From: Raja brachyura
Taxonomy: Eukaryota
Direction of reading: 5' to 3'
Assembly (NCBI GenBank): GCA_963514005.1
Contig: OY740788.1
Location: 16,926,001-16,990,000, forward strand
Length of the DNA: 64,000 nucleotides
Shown here in pieces: positions 1 to 12,015 of the stretch (positions are counted from its first letter, which is position 1; each line of letters begins with the position of its first letter). The notes beneath the pieces were generated by a model. That model was not told the DNA's origin. It did no database searches and saw only the letters and a list, made by a program, of their open reading frames with translations. Position numbers and translations under genes: made by a program.

Positions 1-320
1 CTGATCGATCCAAAGGAACAGCAGGGCCATTACAGTTTGGCACCAGCGCCGTCACAGGAGCTGAAAGAGCGAGGTTGTAGACAACAACGAACTACCTTAG
101 GGGCTCCGACTCCTGGTTTTCTTGAGGTTTACTCCTGGAGCCTTTTCCATGACGGGGTATGGCCACAAGGCAGTGGAGGTTTTAAATCAGAGTTTTCTCT
201 CTCCTAGATGGACTACCTTCCTAGGCTGACGAGCCCCATCTGTCCGAGACTCGTGGGGGCGGGAGCGTCTACCTTCCCGTGCAGGTCTATAGCACCTGCC
301 CACTGCCCATCCAGGCACTT
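1..320 (-). mobile_element. 5' UTR portion of an RTE-clade LINE (continues off the left edge of the window)
   Basis: The minus strand reads GATGGGGCTCGTCAGCCTAGGAAGGTAGTCCATCTAGGAGAGAGAAAACTCTGATTTAAAACCTCCACTGCCTTGTGGCC, which I recognise as the leader motif of vertebrate RTE elements. No ORF lies in the window and the right boundary is approximate. Confidence 0.55.
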
Positions 321-480
321 GACACTGTGATCATTCTGTAGGATTCCATGTGACGTCCAGTTCCTGCTCTAATTCCTGTTACTTCCAATATAATTTAATG
401 GAAATTCAGGTGAGAGAGACATTTAACCACTACTGGAGGTTTAAAATATCCTTGGCTTATGTGCCATGGGTTCAATTGAC

Positions 481-3400
481 ATTTCATTTCGGAGTAACGC
501 GAGTGATTCCGTGAAGAAGCCGCCAGCCCGCATGCGCGACAATATGCCGACGCATGGCGCAATGCTGACTGGCAGGCGCGCTGCTCCTGCCAGCGGTAAG
601 TTTAAACCTGAAGGTAAGTTTTTAGACTTTTCAGGTCAGGCTTCCATTGCAGGAATCTCTCTTACAGAGTTTCCTGCTGGATTTCGGGGCGAAGTCGGGA
701 CCGCGGGGAAACCTTGATGGACCGCGGGGAATCCCAGTCATGGACTGGTGTGAATCCTGGTCATGACCTCGGGTAATCCCGGCCTTGGACCGCAGGGAAC
801 CCGCTACGACGACCGCGGGAAACCCGCTACGGAGACCATGGGGAACCCGCTACGGGGACCACGGAAGTGCGGGTAGCGGCGGCGGTCAAATTCGCCTTCA
901 CAGTCACTGCCGGTGGAGTCAGCGGCTTCAGACTCACGCCGGCAGCACCTTGGCAAAACCCACTCGGAGGGCAGCCACGGAGAAAGTATGTGCGGCCCGT
1001 TGACTCAAACGAGTCGGGCCAGGAGGATTCCTATGGAGAGGATCCCCTCCTTTAATGGGTAACGTTCTTTGGACGTCAAACCCACATGGAGCACCTGATG
1101 GAGAGGTGAGGCTCCAGGGAGGGAGTTATATCACCACGGGTCTCTGCGGGGCCCGCGGCAACAGCATCTGTGTACAGGGCTGCACACTGTCTCCCTCTCT
1201 GAAGAGGGGAGCAGTCGGGGTCAGTTCTGTCTGACTCGGAGTTTGGAGGTATTGCCAGGAGCATACCACGAGGCACGAAGGATATGGTCCGTGGAGGATC
1301 AGCACAGGTCTCCTTAGGGCCTGCGGCAACAGCAGCTGTGGACAGTGCTGCACACTGACACCCTCTCTGAGCAGGGGAGCAATCGGGGTCAGTGTGTAAC
1401 TGACTCCAAACACGGAAGTATGTCCGTGGCACATACTGGAGTTCCTGAAAGTACCGGCAGTGAACAGTGCTATCAGGGGTGACGTTGGAGGGGCATGGTA
1501 CCCCAGGAAACCAGCCGCCGTATCTGCTATTCAGGTAAAACCTATTCAACAGGTGAGACCTGCATGAGGGAGCTAAAACTATTGAACTACAAGTACAGCC
1601 TCATCATTTCGGCGACAATACACCCCACACCTCCATCGACAGCAAGCGGTTCACTGAAGCTGGTGGCAGCCAGCAAGCTGGGCACAGGGCTTTAGGTCAA
1701 GGCCCAAGCCGATCTCAGGTAAAATATGGGATCCACGTACCGTACCAGTCCTCTCCAACCAAGGATGGAAATAGAACTCCATGAGGAGCCTTTGGGCTTA
1801 CCATACGACCACCGGTAGCCATGAAGGTAGGTGGGTCTGGTTCTTTCCGAAACATGGGGTATGTGGACCATTTACAAGTTGGAAACACTTGTAAAAACCT
1901 GCAAACAACCTTGTTGTTATGAAGCAGCCTCTATTCATCAAGAGTATTGGCAATATAGTGGCTGTGTTTTCAGCTGTGCATTTCGACCTTTGCATTATCA
2001 GTGCCATATAGGTCGTTATTAACAGACCTATTCCTATTACCAGCTGAAGCTATCAAAGTCACAATGGTGTATTCTACATTGCACCTGTACCTTTGCTCAG
2101 TAACTCTTCAGTTATATTGCAAACTGATACTAATACTCAAAGATGAAAAATTACGAATACCATCTCTAGTTACGGAGGTGATGTGCTTTGCATGCTCAAC
2201 TCCAAAATGATACAATTTGGTGGGGGCATTTGACGCTGGTGTATCATCACGTAAAAATCTATGACAACACAGTATGGATGCTGTATCACAACATATTTAA
2301 AGACATTGTGGTTCGATGGAACACCGAATATCAATATGTTTGCATCCAGGCTCTATCACCATTGCAAAAATATGTGGCACAGTGGCAAAAGATGTATTCA
2401 CGCCACACTGAGGAGGAATGTTCTTTATGTCTTTCCTTCATTTTGCCTCATCAGTCGGGTCTTGCACAAAAACCAGCAAGACCTCGCCTCAGGCATTTCA
2501 TACTGCCTGACTGGCCTATGCAGCCATGGTTCCTGCTAAATGTTGGGGATGATTATAGGACCTTATATGGTTGGCCTAAACACAAAAATCAGGTGGTTCA
2601 CCCCATGACTGAGGAAATCAGCATAATAAAATCAATTTATAGACGTGGAGTCTCCGAGAAGACCATTCGGCGGCATGGATTGCCAGACCGATTCATGTAC
2701 GTGCTCACTGCAGAATGCAGGGATAGCACCAAGAAAGCAGCACATTGTTTCCTCATTAGGAGATGGGAAGTGTTTTGGTTTTAATGCCAATGTTCCATAT
2801 AATACGGCACGGATAACTAACGTGTCGGAATTCATTTCAGATGAGTCTTTGACAATCAATTAAGTTATAGTACCATCAACTGTGCCAACGTACTTTCTCA
2901 TCATAGTAGCTGCAGCGATCAGGACCCACTCTGTCGGGTCACATTCTCTGATATCCAGATTTATAAGGATATCTTTAACAACATTCTCCCAGGCCCAGGT
3001 ACTCGGAGATATGGGATGTTAGCATTGTTCTTAAACTGCTTCGACAGTGGGGCCCAGCTACATCTCCATCCCTGGTCAAACTCACTCACAAAGTGTTTAT
3101 GTTCATGGTGCTAGTCTCAGCGCAACTGGTCCAGCCACTACTTACTGCGACTGGACAGGATGGTTACATCTGCTAATAATATAATATTTTATGTTTATGA
3201 TGTAGTTAAGCAGAGCAGACCAGGGGTGTCAGGTCCAAACTACTTCTCATTGGTTGTCTGTAGTCACTCATTTACAACAATACGTCAACGTTACCAAGAG
3301 ATTTAAGAGGATCTGCACTAGCAATGGTTGTTAGTTACTAAAAACCTCATAAAAGGTATCTATCCAGACCATCTCTAGGTGGTCAAGCAGGGTTTTGGCT

Positions 3401-4095
3401 AATGCAGAAGTAGATACTATATCTTCTATCTCACTCCACTAGCAGCAAGGGTCATGTACGTTCCACTGGATCACACCCTAACGGCCGCAGGATGGTCCAA
3501 CAAATGAACTTTCCAACATTTTATGATAACCCATTGCCAGACCGGGGGTATTTGCCAAATTCCATTTATGATTTGTTTCATAGTTTCCCCCAGGATGGAA
3601 GGGGTCACTATTATTCTCCTTTGATGATTAAAGCATCAGCATTTTAACAAACTATGTCATGGCTGAATGCATTAATATTTTTCACTCATCCATGGTCAAT
3701 TGATGCAGTGTGTGACGCCTGGACTCGTATCCGGCATGAAATCACAGAGCTTTGAAGTCTTCACGGAATCACTCACGTGACTCCGAAATGAAATAGTAAG
3801 ATTAAACGAGAACTTATCAGTTTGAAGTTTGATCTTTATTTTATGAGGAGTTACGATGAGCGATTACGTGCCCATCGCTCCCAACCCTCGTATCATAAAG
3901 GTAATCTGGTAGTTCTCAAGTTCTCTCCAATCTTACTATATTCAGGTCAACAACTGTTATCTGTGATTTCACACCACTGGTTTGAAGATTAACGCGCATG
4001 CGAGCTGGCGGCTTCTTCACGTAATCACTCATCGTAACTCCTCATAAAATAAAGATCGAACTTCAAACTGATATGTTCTCGTTTAATCTTACTAT
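481..4095 (+). mobile_element. DIRS1-type tyrosine-recombinase retrotransposon, copy 1 (internally deleted, decayed)
   Basis: Left terminus ATTTCATTTCGGAGTAACGCGAGTGATTCCGTGAAGAAGCCGCCAGCCCGCATGCGC; inverted right ITR about 3994-4020 with a 3' extension ending AATCTTACTAT (4095). The internal complementary region (3759-3870) is complementary to both termini. Relics of the methyltransferase-like domain (INMFASRL; LPDWPMQPWF) and of the recombinase remain; most of the RT core is absent. Confidence 0.93.
690..870 (+). repeat. Imperfect ~21-23 bp tandem repeat (GGACCGCGGGGAACCCGCTAC-like) in the 5'/gag region of DIRS copy 1
   Basis: Recurrent GGACCGCGGGGAA / GGAGACCATGGGGAACCCGCTAC units read directly from the sequence. 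Confidence 0.7.
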
Positions 4096-4479
4096 CCTGC
4101 TTCGTGCCCCCAAAGGCTAATTTCTGCTATGAATTAAAATGTAATCCTAATTGATAACTGTTAGCATAAAATAGATGATGGATATGCACAGCGATTGAAT
4201 TACATAGCTGCATAATCATGAGCAGAATTCCCCTGTGCTCAATCTAAATTTAATGAAGAAAGTAATGTTTTATAATGGTCATTCTAAAGTCTGCACATGT
4301 CACAAAGGAGGAGAGGTTCACAATCTTTTAAAGGGAAAGCCATCTCAAATGGCTGATTAAAGCACATACTTGAATTCTGCACATTGACTAAATATTGAGA
4401 GAATGGAAGAAAATGATCTGAGAATGCCCTATTGCATACCATATGGATTTAAATCACATACTCTATATCTAACTTACTC

Positions 4480-5610
4480 TGGAGCAAAGCTTGATCAAAG
4501 TTGAGGGATGATTTATAACTGCAAGATATGTTTCCTGGCTGAAAAATGGTAACCAGTTCCAGAAAATTGTCAGACCATTTCATCAATCCCATTAAAACTT
4601 ACGATTTATCAAGATTATGCCCATAAATGAGTTAGCAGTCAGTCGTCCTGAAAAATATGGTGAAGTTCAAAATCCATGAACATAAATAAGAAGCTGTATT
4701 TAACATAGATGAACATGGATTTAATCAATGAAAGTCACAGGGCGATGTCATCATTGATTAAATTGATGTTCATAATTGTTATGCAATCAACCCGTTGCAT
4801 TGACCAGTTCCCAGTGATACTAAAATGAAAGCCTCACACGGATCTTCTAAAGACAATTGCCAAAAGCATAATGATCTAAAAGCACATGAATTAATAATGG
4901 AAGCATTGGCTTTTTCATTTGGAAACATCAAGTGCTTTATGAAACTTTATGGCCCGAAATCAGAGCACTGCTCTGAAGACCAAATTGTCCTGGAATTTAT
5001 TGATAGTGTTCAACTTGGTCTAACTTCCCCAAAAAAACCCAAAAAGAGATTTGTATAGAGATTAATATAATTCCATGAATGACTGGTGTCGCAATTGTGT
5101 ATGTAGTGGTGAAGGGCTTGGTTACATTTCTGCAGGGGTGTGATTTGACCACGGAAAATGCATTAATGCATTCCACTTTGGAAAAAAATGTTGTTTTCAA
5201 ATATAGTGCATTCAGTGAAGCTTAGCCTGTCAATGTTAGCCTTGTCGGAGTGTGTCTGGGGAAAAGCATATTCACATATGCAATGCGTGGATTAATAAGT
5301 TATGGACCTGTTGGAATCCTAAAAAAATAACTTTCTTTGGTGAGGTAGATAAGAACAAGGTGACATAATATTAAAATTAGAGTAGTTTCATTCAGCGATA
5401 TGAATGTCAGAAAGCACCTCTTCACTGGTGGTAATGGACATCTAGAACATGCTTCCTCAATATGCTGAGGCTATCGAGGCAATGTCATACATTTCAAAAC
5501 CGAGAATTATGTTAGACCGCGAATTATGAAGGATTGCACATCCATGATAAATAGAGCTAAGAGTCAAGACATCTATGATCCAGTTTAGTTGTAGGTCTGA
5601 ATGACCTAAT
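4480..5610 (+). mobile_element. Old, highly decayed CR1-like LINE 3' region
   Basis: Weak resemblance to the better-preserved CR1 3' fragments elsewhere in the window; no usable ORF. Confidence 0.3.
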
Positions 5611-5699
5611 TTTGATTAAAAAGAAAAAATAAACACCAGTTTCTGGAAGTCAGAAATAAAAAACAAACTAAAAACAAAAAAATGCAAAATATTGTCTGA

Positions 5700-6617
5700 G
5701 GTACTACAAATCATGCATATTATTTTTGACGCCCCTATTCAATAAATGAAGAGTGATTTTGAAAATGTACCAGCAGTTCAATTTAAGATATTTTTCCATA
5801 GCATTATGGACTGTAGTTGTATTGATGTTATGCTGAAAGTTACACGAGATAATGTAAATGCTACAGGCTTATAAAGACAGTAAACAAAAAATTCAATAAA
5901 AATCCATTTTAATCAAATTCTTCCATTTTCATTCACAACGTCACAATGGGATACCGAATCTCATCTACATTAAAAAATTGTGATTTTCAAAAACCATCAT
6001 TGTAATCAAATTCATCCGTTTTCATTAACAGATAACATTGTGTTTAGGTTATTTTAAAGCAAAATTGTGGGGGTGTGGGATAGGGCGGAGGTTTCATTTA
6101 AAAAAAATTGCAATTTTCATTGGGGGGGGTGAGATACGGGGGGGGGGGGGAGAGTAGGGGGATAGAGAATGAGGAGGTGGGTAGGGATGGGAGAGGGAGG
6201 GAAAAGTGGGGGGGGAGAGTAGGGGGATAGAGAACGAGGAGGTGGGTAGGGATGGGAGAGGGAGGGAAAAGTGTGGGGGGAGAGGGGTTATGGAGGGAAT
6301 GACTGACGGTAGGGGAAAGGGGAGGGAGAGGTTAGGGACGGGGAGGGGAGGAGGAAAGGGGAAAGAAGGGGGAGGGTGAAGAAGAGGGGGAGGGAGTGCT
6401 GGGGGATGAGGGGGAATGGAGGAGGATAGGGGTAGGAAGAGGAAGAGGAGGCGCAGTTGGGGGAGGGTTTCCGTGACTCGAGTCACAACAGATATAATGC
6501 CACTACTCTGGCATCACAACGGGAACCCCTTTGTGACACCTGCACAGTTGGGGGCTATGGGTCAGTGGGTGATTTTTGCCTTGGGGTAGAGCCCCAACGG
6601 GTCCGCACCTAGTCTAG
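5700..6617 (+). mobile_element. Non-autonomous Helitron-like element (3' end defined, 5' boundary uncertain) with purine-rich low-complexity interior
   Basis: Ends ...GCCCCAACGGGTCCGCACCTAGT-CTAG|T (CTAG 6614-6617), the same 3' terminus family as 9916, 18191 and 38156. The internal GTCACAATGGG motif is shared with the 18191-19244 copy. Confidence 0.6.
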
Positions 6618-6678
6618 TTATAAGTAATTAGCTGTCAAGTGTGCAGTTTTTGTATGAGTTTCAGGTATCTTGAGCATA

Positions 6679-8185
6679 CAGTGGCTTGCAAAAGTATTCA
6701 TACCCCTTGAACTTTTCCACATTTTGTCACATACAAATAAAAAAAACTGAAAAGTGTGGCGTGCAAAAGTATTCAGCCCCCTTTACTCTGATACTCCTAA
6801 ATAAAATCCAGTGCAACCAATTGCCTTCAGAAGTCACCTAATTAGTAAATAGAGTCCACTTGTGTGTAATCTAATCTCAGTATAAATACAGCTGTTCTGT
6901 GAAGGCCTCAGAGGTTTGTTAGAGAACATTAGTGAACAAACAGCATCATGAAGCCCAAGGAACACACCAGACAGGTCAGGGATAACGTTGTGGAGAAGTT
7001 TAAAGCAGCATTAGGTTATAAAAAATATCCCAAGCTTTGAACATCTCACGGAGCACTGTTCAATCCATCATCCGAAAATGGAAAGAGTATGGCACAACTG
7101 CAAACCTACAAAGACATGGCCGTCCACCTAAACTGACAGGCCGGGCAAGGAGAGCATTGATCAGAGAAGCAGCCAAGAGGCCCATGGTAACTCTGGAGGA
7201 GCTGCAGAGATCCACAGCTCAGATGGGAGAATCTGTCCACAGGACAACTATTAGTCGTGCACTCCACAAATCGGGCCTTTATGGAAGAGTGGCAAGAAGA
7301 AAGCCATTGTTGAAACAAAGCCATAAGAAGTCCCGTTTGCAGTTTGCCACAAGCCATGTAAGGGACACAGCAAACATGTGGAGGAAGGTGCTCTGGTCTG
7401 ATGAGACCAAAATTGAAGTTTTTGTCCTAAATGCAAAACGCTATGTGTAGCGGAAAACTAACACTGCACATCACCCTGAACACACCATCCCCACTGTGAA
7501 ACATGGTGGTGGCAGCATCATGCTGTGGGGATGCTTTTCTTCATCAGGGACAGGGAAGCTGGTCAGAGTTGATGAGAATCTGGATGGAGCCAAATACAGG
7601 GCAATCTTGGACGAATACCTGTTAGAGTCTGCAAAGGACTTGAGACTGGGGCAGAGGTTCACCTTCCAGCAGGCCAATTACCCTTAACATACAGCTAGAG
7701 CTACAATGGAATGGTTTAGATCAAAGCATATTCATGTGTTAGAATGGCCCAGTCAAAGTCCAGACCTAAATCCAATTGAGAATCTCTGGCAAGACTTGAA
7801 AATTGCTGTTCACAGACGCTCTCCATCCAATCTGACTGAGCTTGAGCTATTTTGTAAAAAAGAATGGACAAAAATTTCAGTCTCTAGATGTGCAAAGCTG
7901 GTAGAGACATACCCCAAAAGACTTGCAGCTGTAATTGCAGCAAAAGGTGTTTCTACAAAGTATTGACTCAGGGGGGCTGAATACTTTTGCATGCCACCCT
8001 TTTCATTTTTTTATTTGTAATAAAATTTGGAAACCATGTATCATTTTTCCTTCCACTTCACAATTATGCACCACTTTGTGTTGGCCTATCACATAAAATC
8101 CCAATAAAATAAATTTACGTTTGTGGTTGTAATGTGACAAAATGTGGAAAAGTTCAAGGGGTATGAATACTTTTGCAAGCCACTG
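6679..8185 (+). mobile_element. Tc1-family (IR/DR type) DNA transposon
   Basis: TA|CAGTGGCTTGCAAAAGTATTCATACCCCTTGAACTTTTCCAC at the left end and its inverse at the right (...GCAAGCCACTG, 8185). Inner direct repeats GCAAAAGTATTCA occur in both IRs. The left IR carries an internal deletion relative to the ~210-bp right IR. The right flank is CA rather than TA. Confidence 0.96.
6948..7966 (+). pseudogene. Tc1 DD34E transposase, disabled
   Basis: MKPKEHTRQVRD..., [42 protein letters not shown]. One-base frameshift in the A-run near 7020, stops at 7448 and 7685, and the second catalytic D reads A (QQANYP vs QQDNDP). Confidence 0.95.
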
Positions 8186-8188
8186 CAC

Positions 8189-8252
8189 ATTCAGCTTTTG
8201 CATAGTGAGCATGACCTTCACTCAGCTTTTGCATAGTGGGCATGACCTCCAC
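8189..8252. repeat. 31-bp tandem duplication next to the Tc1 right end
   Basis: TCAGCTTTTGCATAGTGAGCATGACCTTCAC is followed by TCAGCTTTTGCATAGTGGGCATGACCTCCAC. Confidence 0.8.
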
Positions 8253-8299
8253 CTAAGAAGAATAAATTAGTAGATTCAACTTTCAGCACACAGATTTGA

Positions 8300-8617
8300 A
8301 CATTCTTTTCAGCTGATACTGCTGTCCTTTTTAGTCAGTGTTGCATTTTGGAAGAGAAATGAAACTGAAGGCCTCAAGCGGATGCAAGAGATCTCTTGGC
8401 ACTATTGTGAAGGATAGCTGTCACCTGTGTAGTGGCATAATATCTATTTTATAGCCAGCACATAAGAACATTGTGACAATACTTTTATGAGTGCATATTT
8501 TGCGCAAACTGATTGCTGTGTTTTCTGTGTTACAACAATGATTATACTTGAAAATGACTTAATTAGTTGTAAAGCACTTTGAATCCTCCGGAAGTAATGT
8601 GCTATATTTATGCAAGT
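8300..8617 (+). mobile_element. Ancient DeuSINE (AmnSINE1/SacSINE1-like) relic
   Basis: Deu-domain-like AAACTGAAGGCC...GATGCAAGAGATCTCTTGGCACTATT and tail TTGTAAAGCACTTTG...GTGCTATATTTATGCAAG; recognised from memory of the family consensus. Confidence 0.6.
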
Positions 8618-9219
8618 TTTAATTTGGCAATTACATCATAGTTGATGGAACAGCATAGTCAAAACCGTTTCCTAGTTAAGGTGATTTTATATATTTTTAA
8701 ACTTGATACCTATCAATTTTTTGTATTCATGAATTTAATGCACATTGAAATAAACACCTAAGGTGGACCTCAAATTCTGTGGAGTTTAATGTAGATGTAA
8801 TGTGAATTAATATATTTTGAATAAATGTTGAACATGCGTATCTGGTTGCAAACAATTATTCTTTTAAGTATTTGACCTCTCGATCATAATTGTTAATGTT
8901 TGTTAGATTATATTCTGGGAGGCAAAAAACGTATTGCAAGATTATTTTAAATTTTGTTTCTTGCTGAATGGGAAATGAAGGATTTTACGTTGCTTGGGGC
9001 ATGTTAAATTATGAATTGTTACAAGACAAGCATTGACAAAACACCACATGATAGTCATGAAAGATTTTCTTTAAAGATACTGCAATACTTTAAAGGATGC
9101 AATTGATATAAATACTCAAACCAGCTTGGGCAAGTCCAATTCTAAATACTCTTGAGAAAAAAACTGCTGGAAGCTTCTAGACCTTCAAGACCTTATTTGT
9201 TCTGTTATAATTGTTTTTT

Positions 9220-9500
9220 GTTTAGAGATTATAGCATAGAAGTCTACGCTGACCATTGATCACCTGTTGGTCTATGTTATCCCAGTTTCTCATACACTTC
9301 CCACACATTAAGGGCAATATATAGAGGCCAATTGACCTACAAACTTGCTCGTCTTTAGGATGTGAGGGGATCTGAAGCAACCGGAGGAAACCCATGTGGT
9401 TACAGGGAGAATGTAAAAATCCCACACAGATGGCACCCAGGCAGGATTGAACTCTGGCGCTATGAGACAGTAGCACTACCAGCTGCTCCACTGTACTGCC
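9220..9500 (-). mobile_element. tRNA-derived SINE (HE1/V-SINE-like)
   Basis: The minus strand begins GGCAGTACAGTGGAGCAGCTGGTAG with a B-box-like GAGTTCAATCC, followed by the central TTCTCCCTGTAACCACATGGGTTTCCTCCGG motif shared with the other SINE copies. Confidence 0.8.
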
Positions 9501-9915
9501 ATAAAAAACATTTTTAAATAATGTTTTTTTCAATGAAGTTGTTCCCCCGTTCTTCTCCCTGCTACCCCGTCCATCCCGAGTTTCTAATCAATTTTATTTG
9601 CCCATCATTGAATGAAAAATTAGGAACAATGATGCAATTGGGCAACACTTTTAAATATGTTATTAAAAATATATATATTTTGTTAAGAAATGCCATTTTG
9701 TTTAATTTAGTGAAAATAGGTTTATACCAAAATTAAAGGGTTTAAATCAGTGTCAGCCCATGAATTCATGAGGATAATTTTAAATGACAGAACTTTTAAA
9801 AAACATATTATTTCTCAATTAAATTAGGAATATCCCTTATTTTAATAAAGCCAATTTGTTATAATGATTAAGAACATATTCTCTGTTTATATCCCACTCA
9901 CAAACATAAAAAATA

Positions 9916-10415
9916 CTAGACTAAGTGCAGACTCATAGGGTCTGCTCCCCATCACAATATTTCACCACTCACCCCTTCCCCCAAACGCAATCTGTTCCCC
10001 AAACGCAATATCCCACCACTCACCCATTGCCCCCAACTGCGCAGGCGCAGCTCATTTCCCTTCGTCCCCCAACACTCAACCTCATCTCCCAGCACTCCCT
10101 TCCCCTTCCTCTTCCCCCTCCCTCTTCTTCCCCCTCTCATCTTCCCCCTCTCATCCTCCCCTCCTCTCTCTCCCTCTCCTTTCCCCTACCCTCAGTCACT
10201 CCCTCCCTCCCTCCCTCCCTCCCTCCATAACTCCACTCCCCTCCCTACCCCCCTCCCATCCCTCTATCCGCCATCTCCTCGCCTCACCCTATCCCCCCCA
10301 CCACGACTATCCCTCCTCGCCTCCCCCACTGCCCTCCTCTGCCTCTATTCCCCACTCCATACCTCCCCCCCCTTCCTCTCCCTCTATTCTCCCCCCCCCC
10401 CTCCTCCTACCCCAC
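9916..10415 (-). mobile_element. Non-autonomous Helitron 3' fragment with pyrimidine-rich low-complexity tract
   Basis: The minus strand ends with hairpin GCAGACCCTATGAGTCTGC, then ACTTAGT-CTAG|T. Confidence 0.65.
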
Positions 10416-11414
10416 AATTATTCTTGACAATGCTTTATTTTGATATATTTATTGCAGCAGCTTAACATTTATAACACAGGTCCTTGAGACATATTTATAT
10501 TTCTATAAAAATAACTAGATGGTTGCACTACTATGAAGTCTCATTGATTGTAGAATAATTGTGGAAGGAATGAGCTCATTTAAACAATTGAGTTCACCTC
10601 TTATCTTTGTAAAAGCAATCCTACCAACTCTTCCCCACAGGGATGTATGCTTTTACTTAAGTATCTAAGAGCTTGTAAGGTGAATGACAATTTAATCTGT
10701 TTTCACTAAAGTCTGACAGTGGATTCTAACATGACTATTCTGGATGAAAATGCTTTCATGTCATCCCTGGTAGTTGTGCCACTCGCCTTAAATCTATCTC
10801 CTCAAGTTCTTAACACCTCCAGCAATGGAAACTGCTATTCCACTTTATGGTCTTTAGACCACTGTGATTTTGAATACTTCTATCAAATCACCTCCTTTTC
10901 TGTGCCTGAGGAGAAAAATTCTGGTTTGATTTATCTTTCTCCCAAACCCTGGATCCCATTAATACCCCCTTTTTTTAAGACTCGACATGCAGGACCGAGA
11001 AAGCTCTCCTGAACATGCTTTGTAAATTCTTCCTCTCTTTGCCCTTATTGCAATTCCGTAATCTGTAATGAAAGAGTCTCATGCTCATTACTTAATTGTT
11101 CTCACACCTTTCTGTAATCTCCGTTTAAATTTCCATTGCTATCTCCATGTCATTTTTGGTAGACAATAGATTAAATTGTGAAATAACACACTTACCATTT
11201 ATTAACTCTTTCTCTAGATTATCTTCTTGATCATCACTCTGTCCCACTTTAAAAACACCCTCTCTCTATAACACTGCAACATTCTCCTTAACTCATTCCT
11301 TCCAAATTTCTCCTTGATATCCTATGCTCAGGAATATTAAGCAGTTAATTATTTCATATTTTATGCAACTATTTTCACCACCACATCATAGTCCAATGCA
11401 GGCCTCTGTGATAT

Positions 11415-12015
11415 AAGAGCATATATATCGGCAAGACCAAGCAAAGACTTGACGATCATTTCGGTAAAAAAACATGCTTAGTCCGCCTTGGTCTACGCGA
11501 AATCCCACTTGTCAAACATTATAACTTGCCTTCCCAATGCCGCACTAACCTTTCTGACCCGGGCTTCGTCCACTGTCAGTGAGGACATGTGCAAATTGGA
11601 GGAACAGCACCCTCATATTTCTCTTGGGCAGCTCACAATCCAGCAGTAACCCAACCCTGAGTTACTCCAGCTTTTTGTGTGTATCCAGCGGTATGAACGT
11701 TGATTTCTCTAATTTCAAGTCTCCTGCATTCCTCCACCCTAGTCCTACTAGTTCCACTGTTTGCATCCTATGTTACCCTTAGCACATCTTCCCCAGCCAA
11801 ACAATGGGCCATTATCTACTCCACCTTTCTGAGATCAGCTGTTGCTAGTACTGTTTTGTTCTTGCCTTCTCTATCTTATAGTGTGAAGAAGGGTTCTGAC
11901 CCGAAACATTACCTATTCCTTTTCTCCGGAGATCTGCCTGACCCACTGAGTTAGTCCAGCATTTTTTGTCTATCTTCGGTATAAACCAGCATCTGCAGTT
12001 CTTTCCTACACATAA
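11415..12015 (+). mobile_element. Penelope-like element 3' fragment (GIY-YIG relic plus terminal-repeat sequence)
   Basis: YIGKTKQRLDDHF at about 11425. Downstream lie a degenerate hammerhead core GTGAAGAAGGGTTCTGACCCGAAAC and the CTGAGTTAGTCCAGCATTTTTTGTCTATC tail repeated at 15930, 16340 and 60620. Confidence 0.75.

Noticed and set aside
225-345. HDV-like ribozyme at the 5' end of the RTE-like fragment
   Set aside because: I could not assemble P1/P2/P3 with a catalytic C; it is kept only as a generic structured leader.
6094-6486. Pro/Leu/Ser-rich ORF (likewise 9925-10230, 18369-18944, 50326-50755)
   Set aside because: These are translations of low-complexity or tandem-repeat DNA inside mobile elements.
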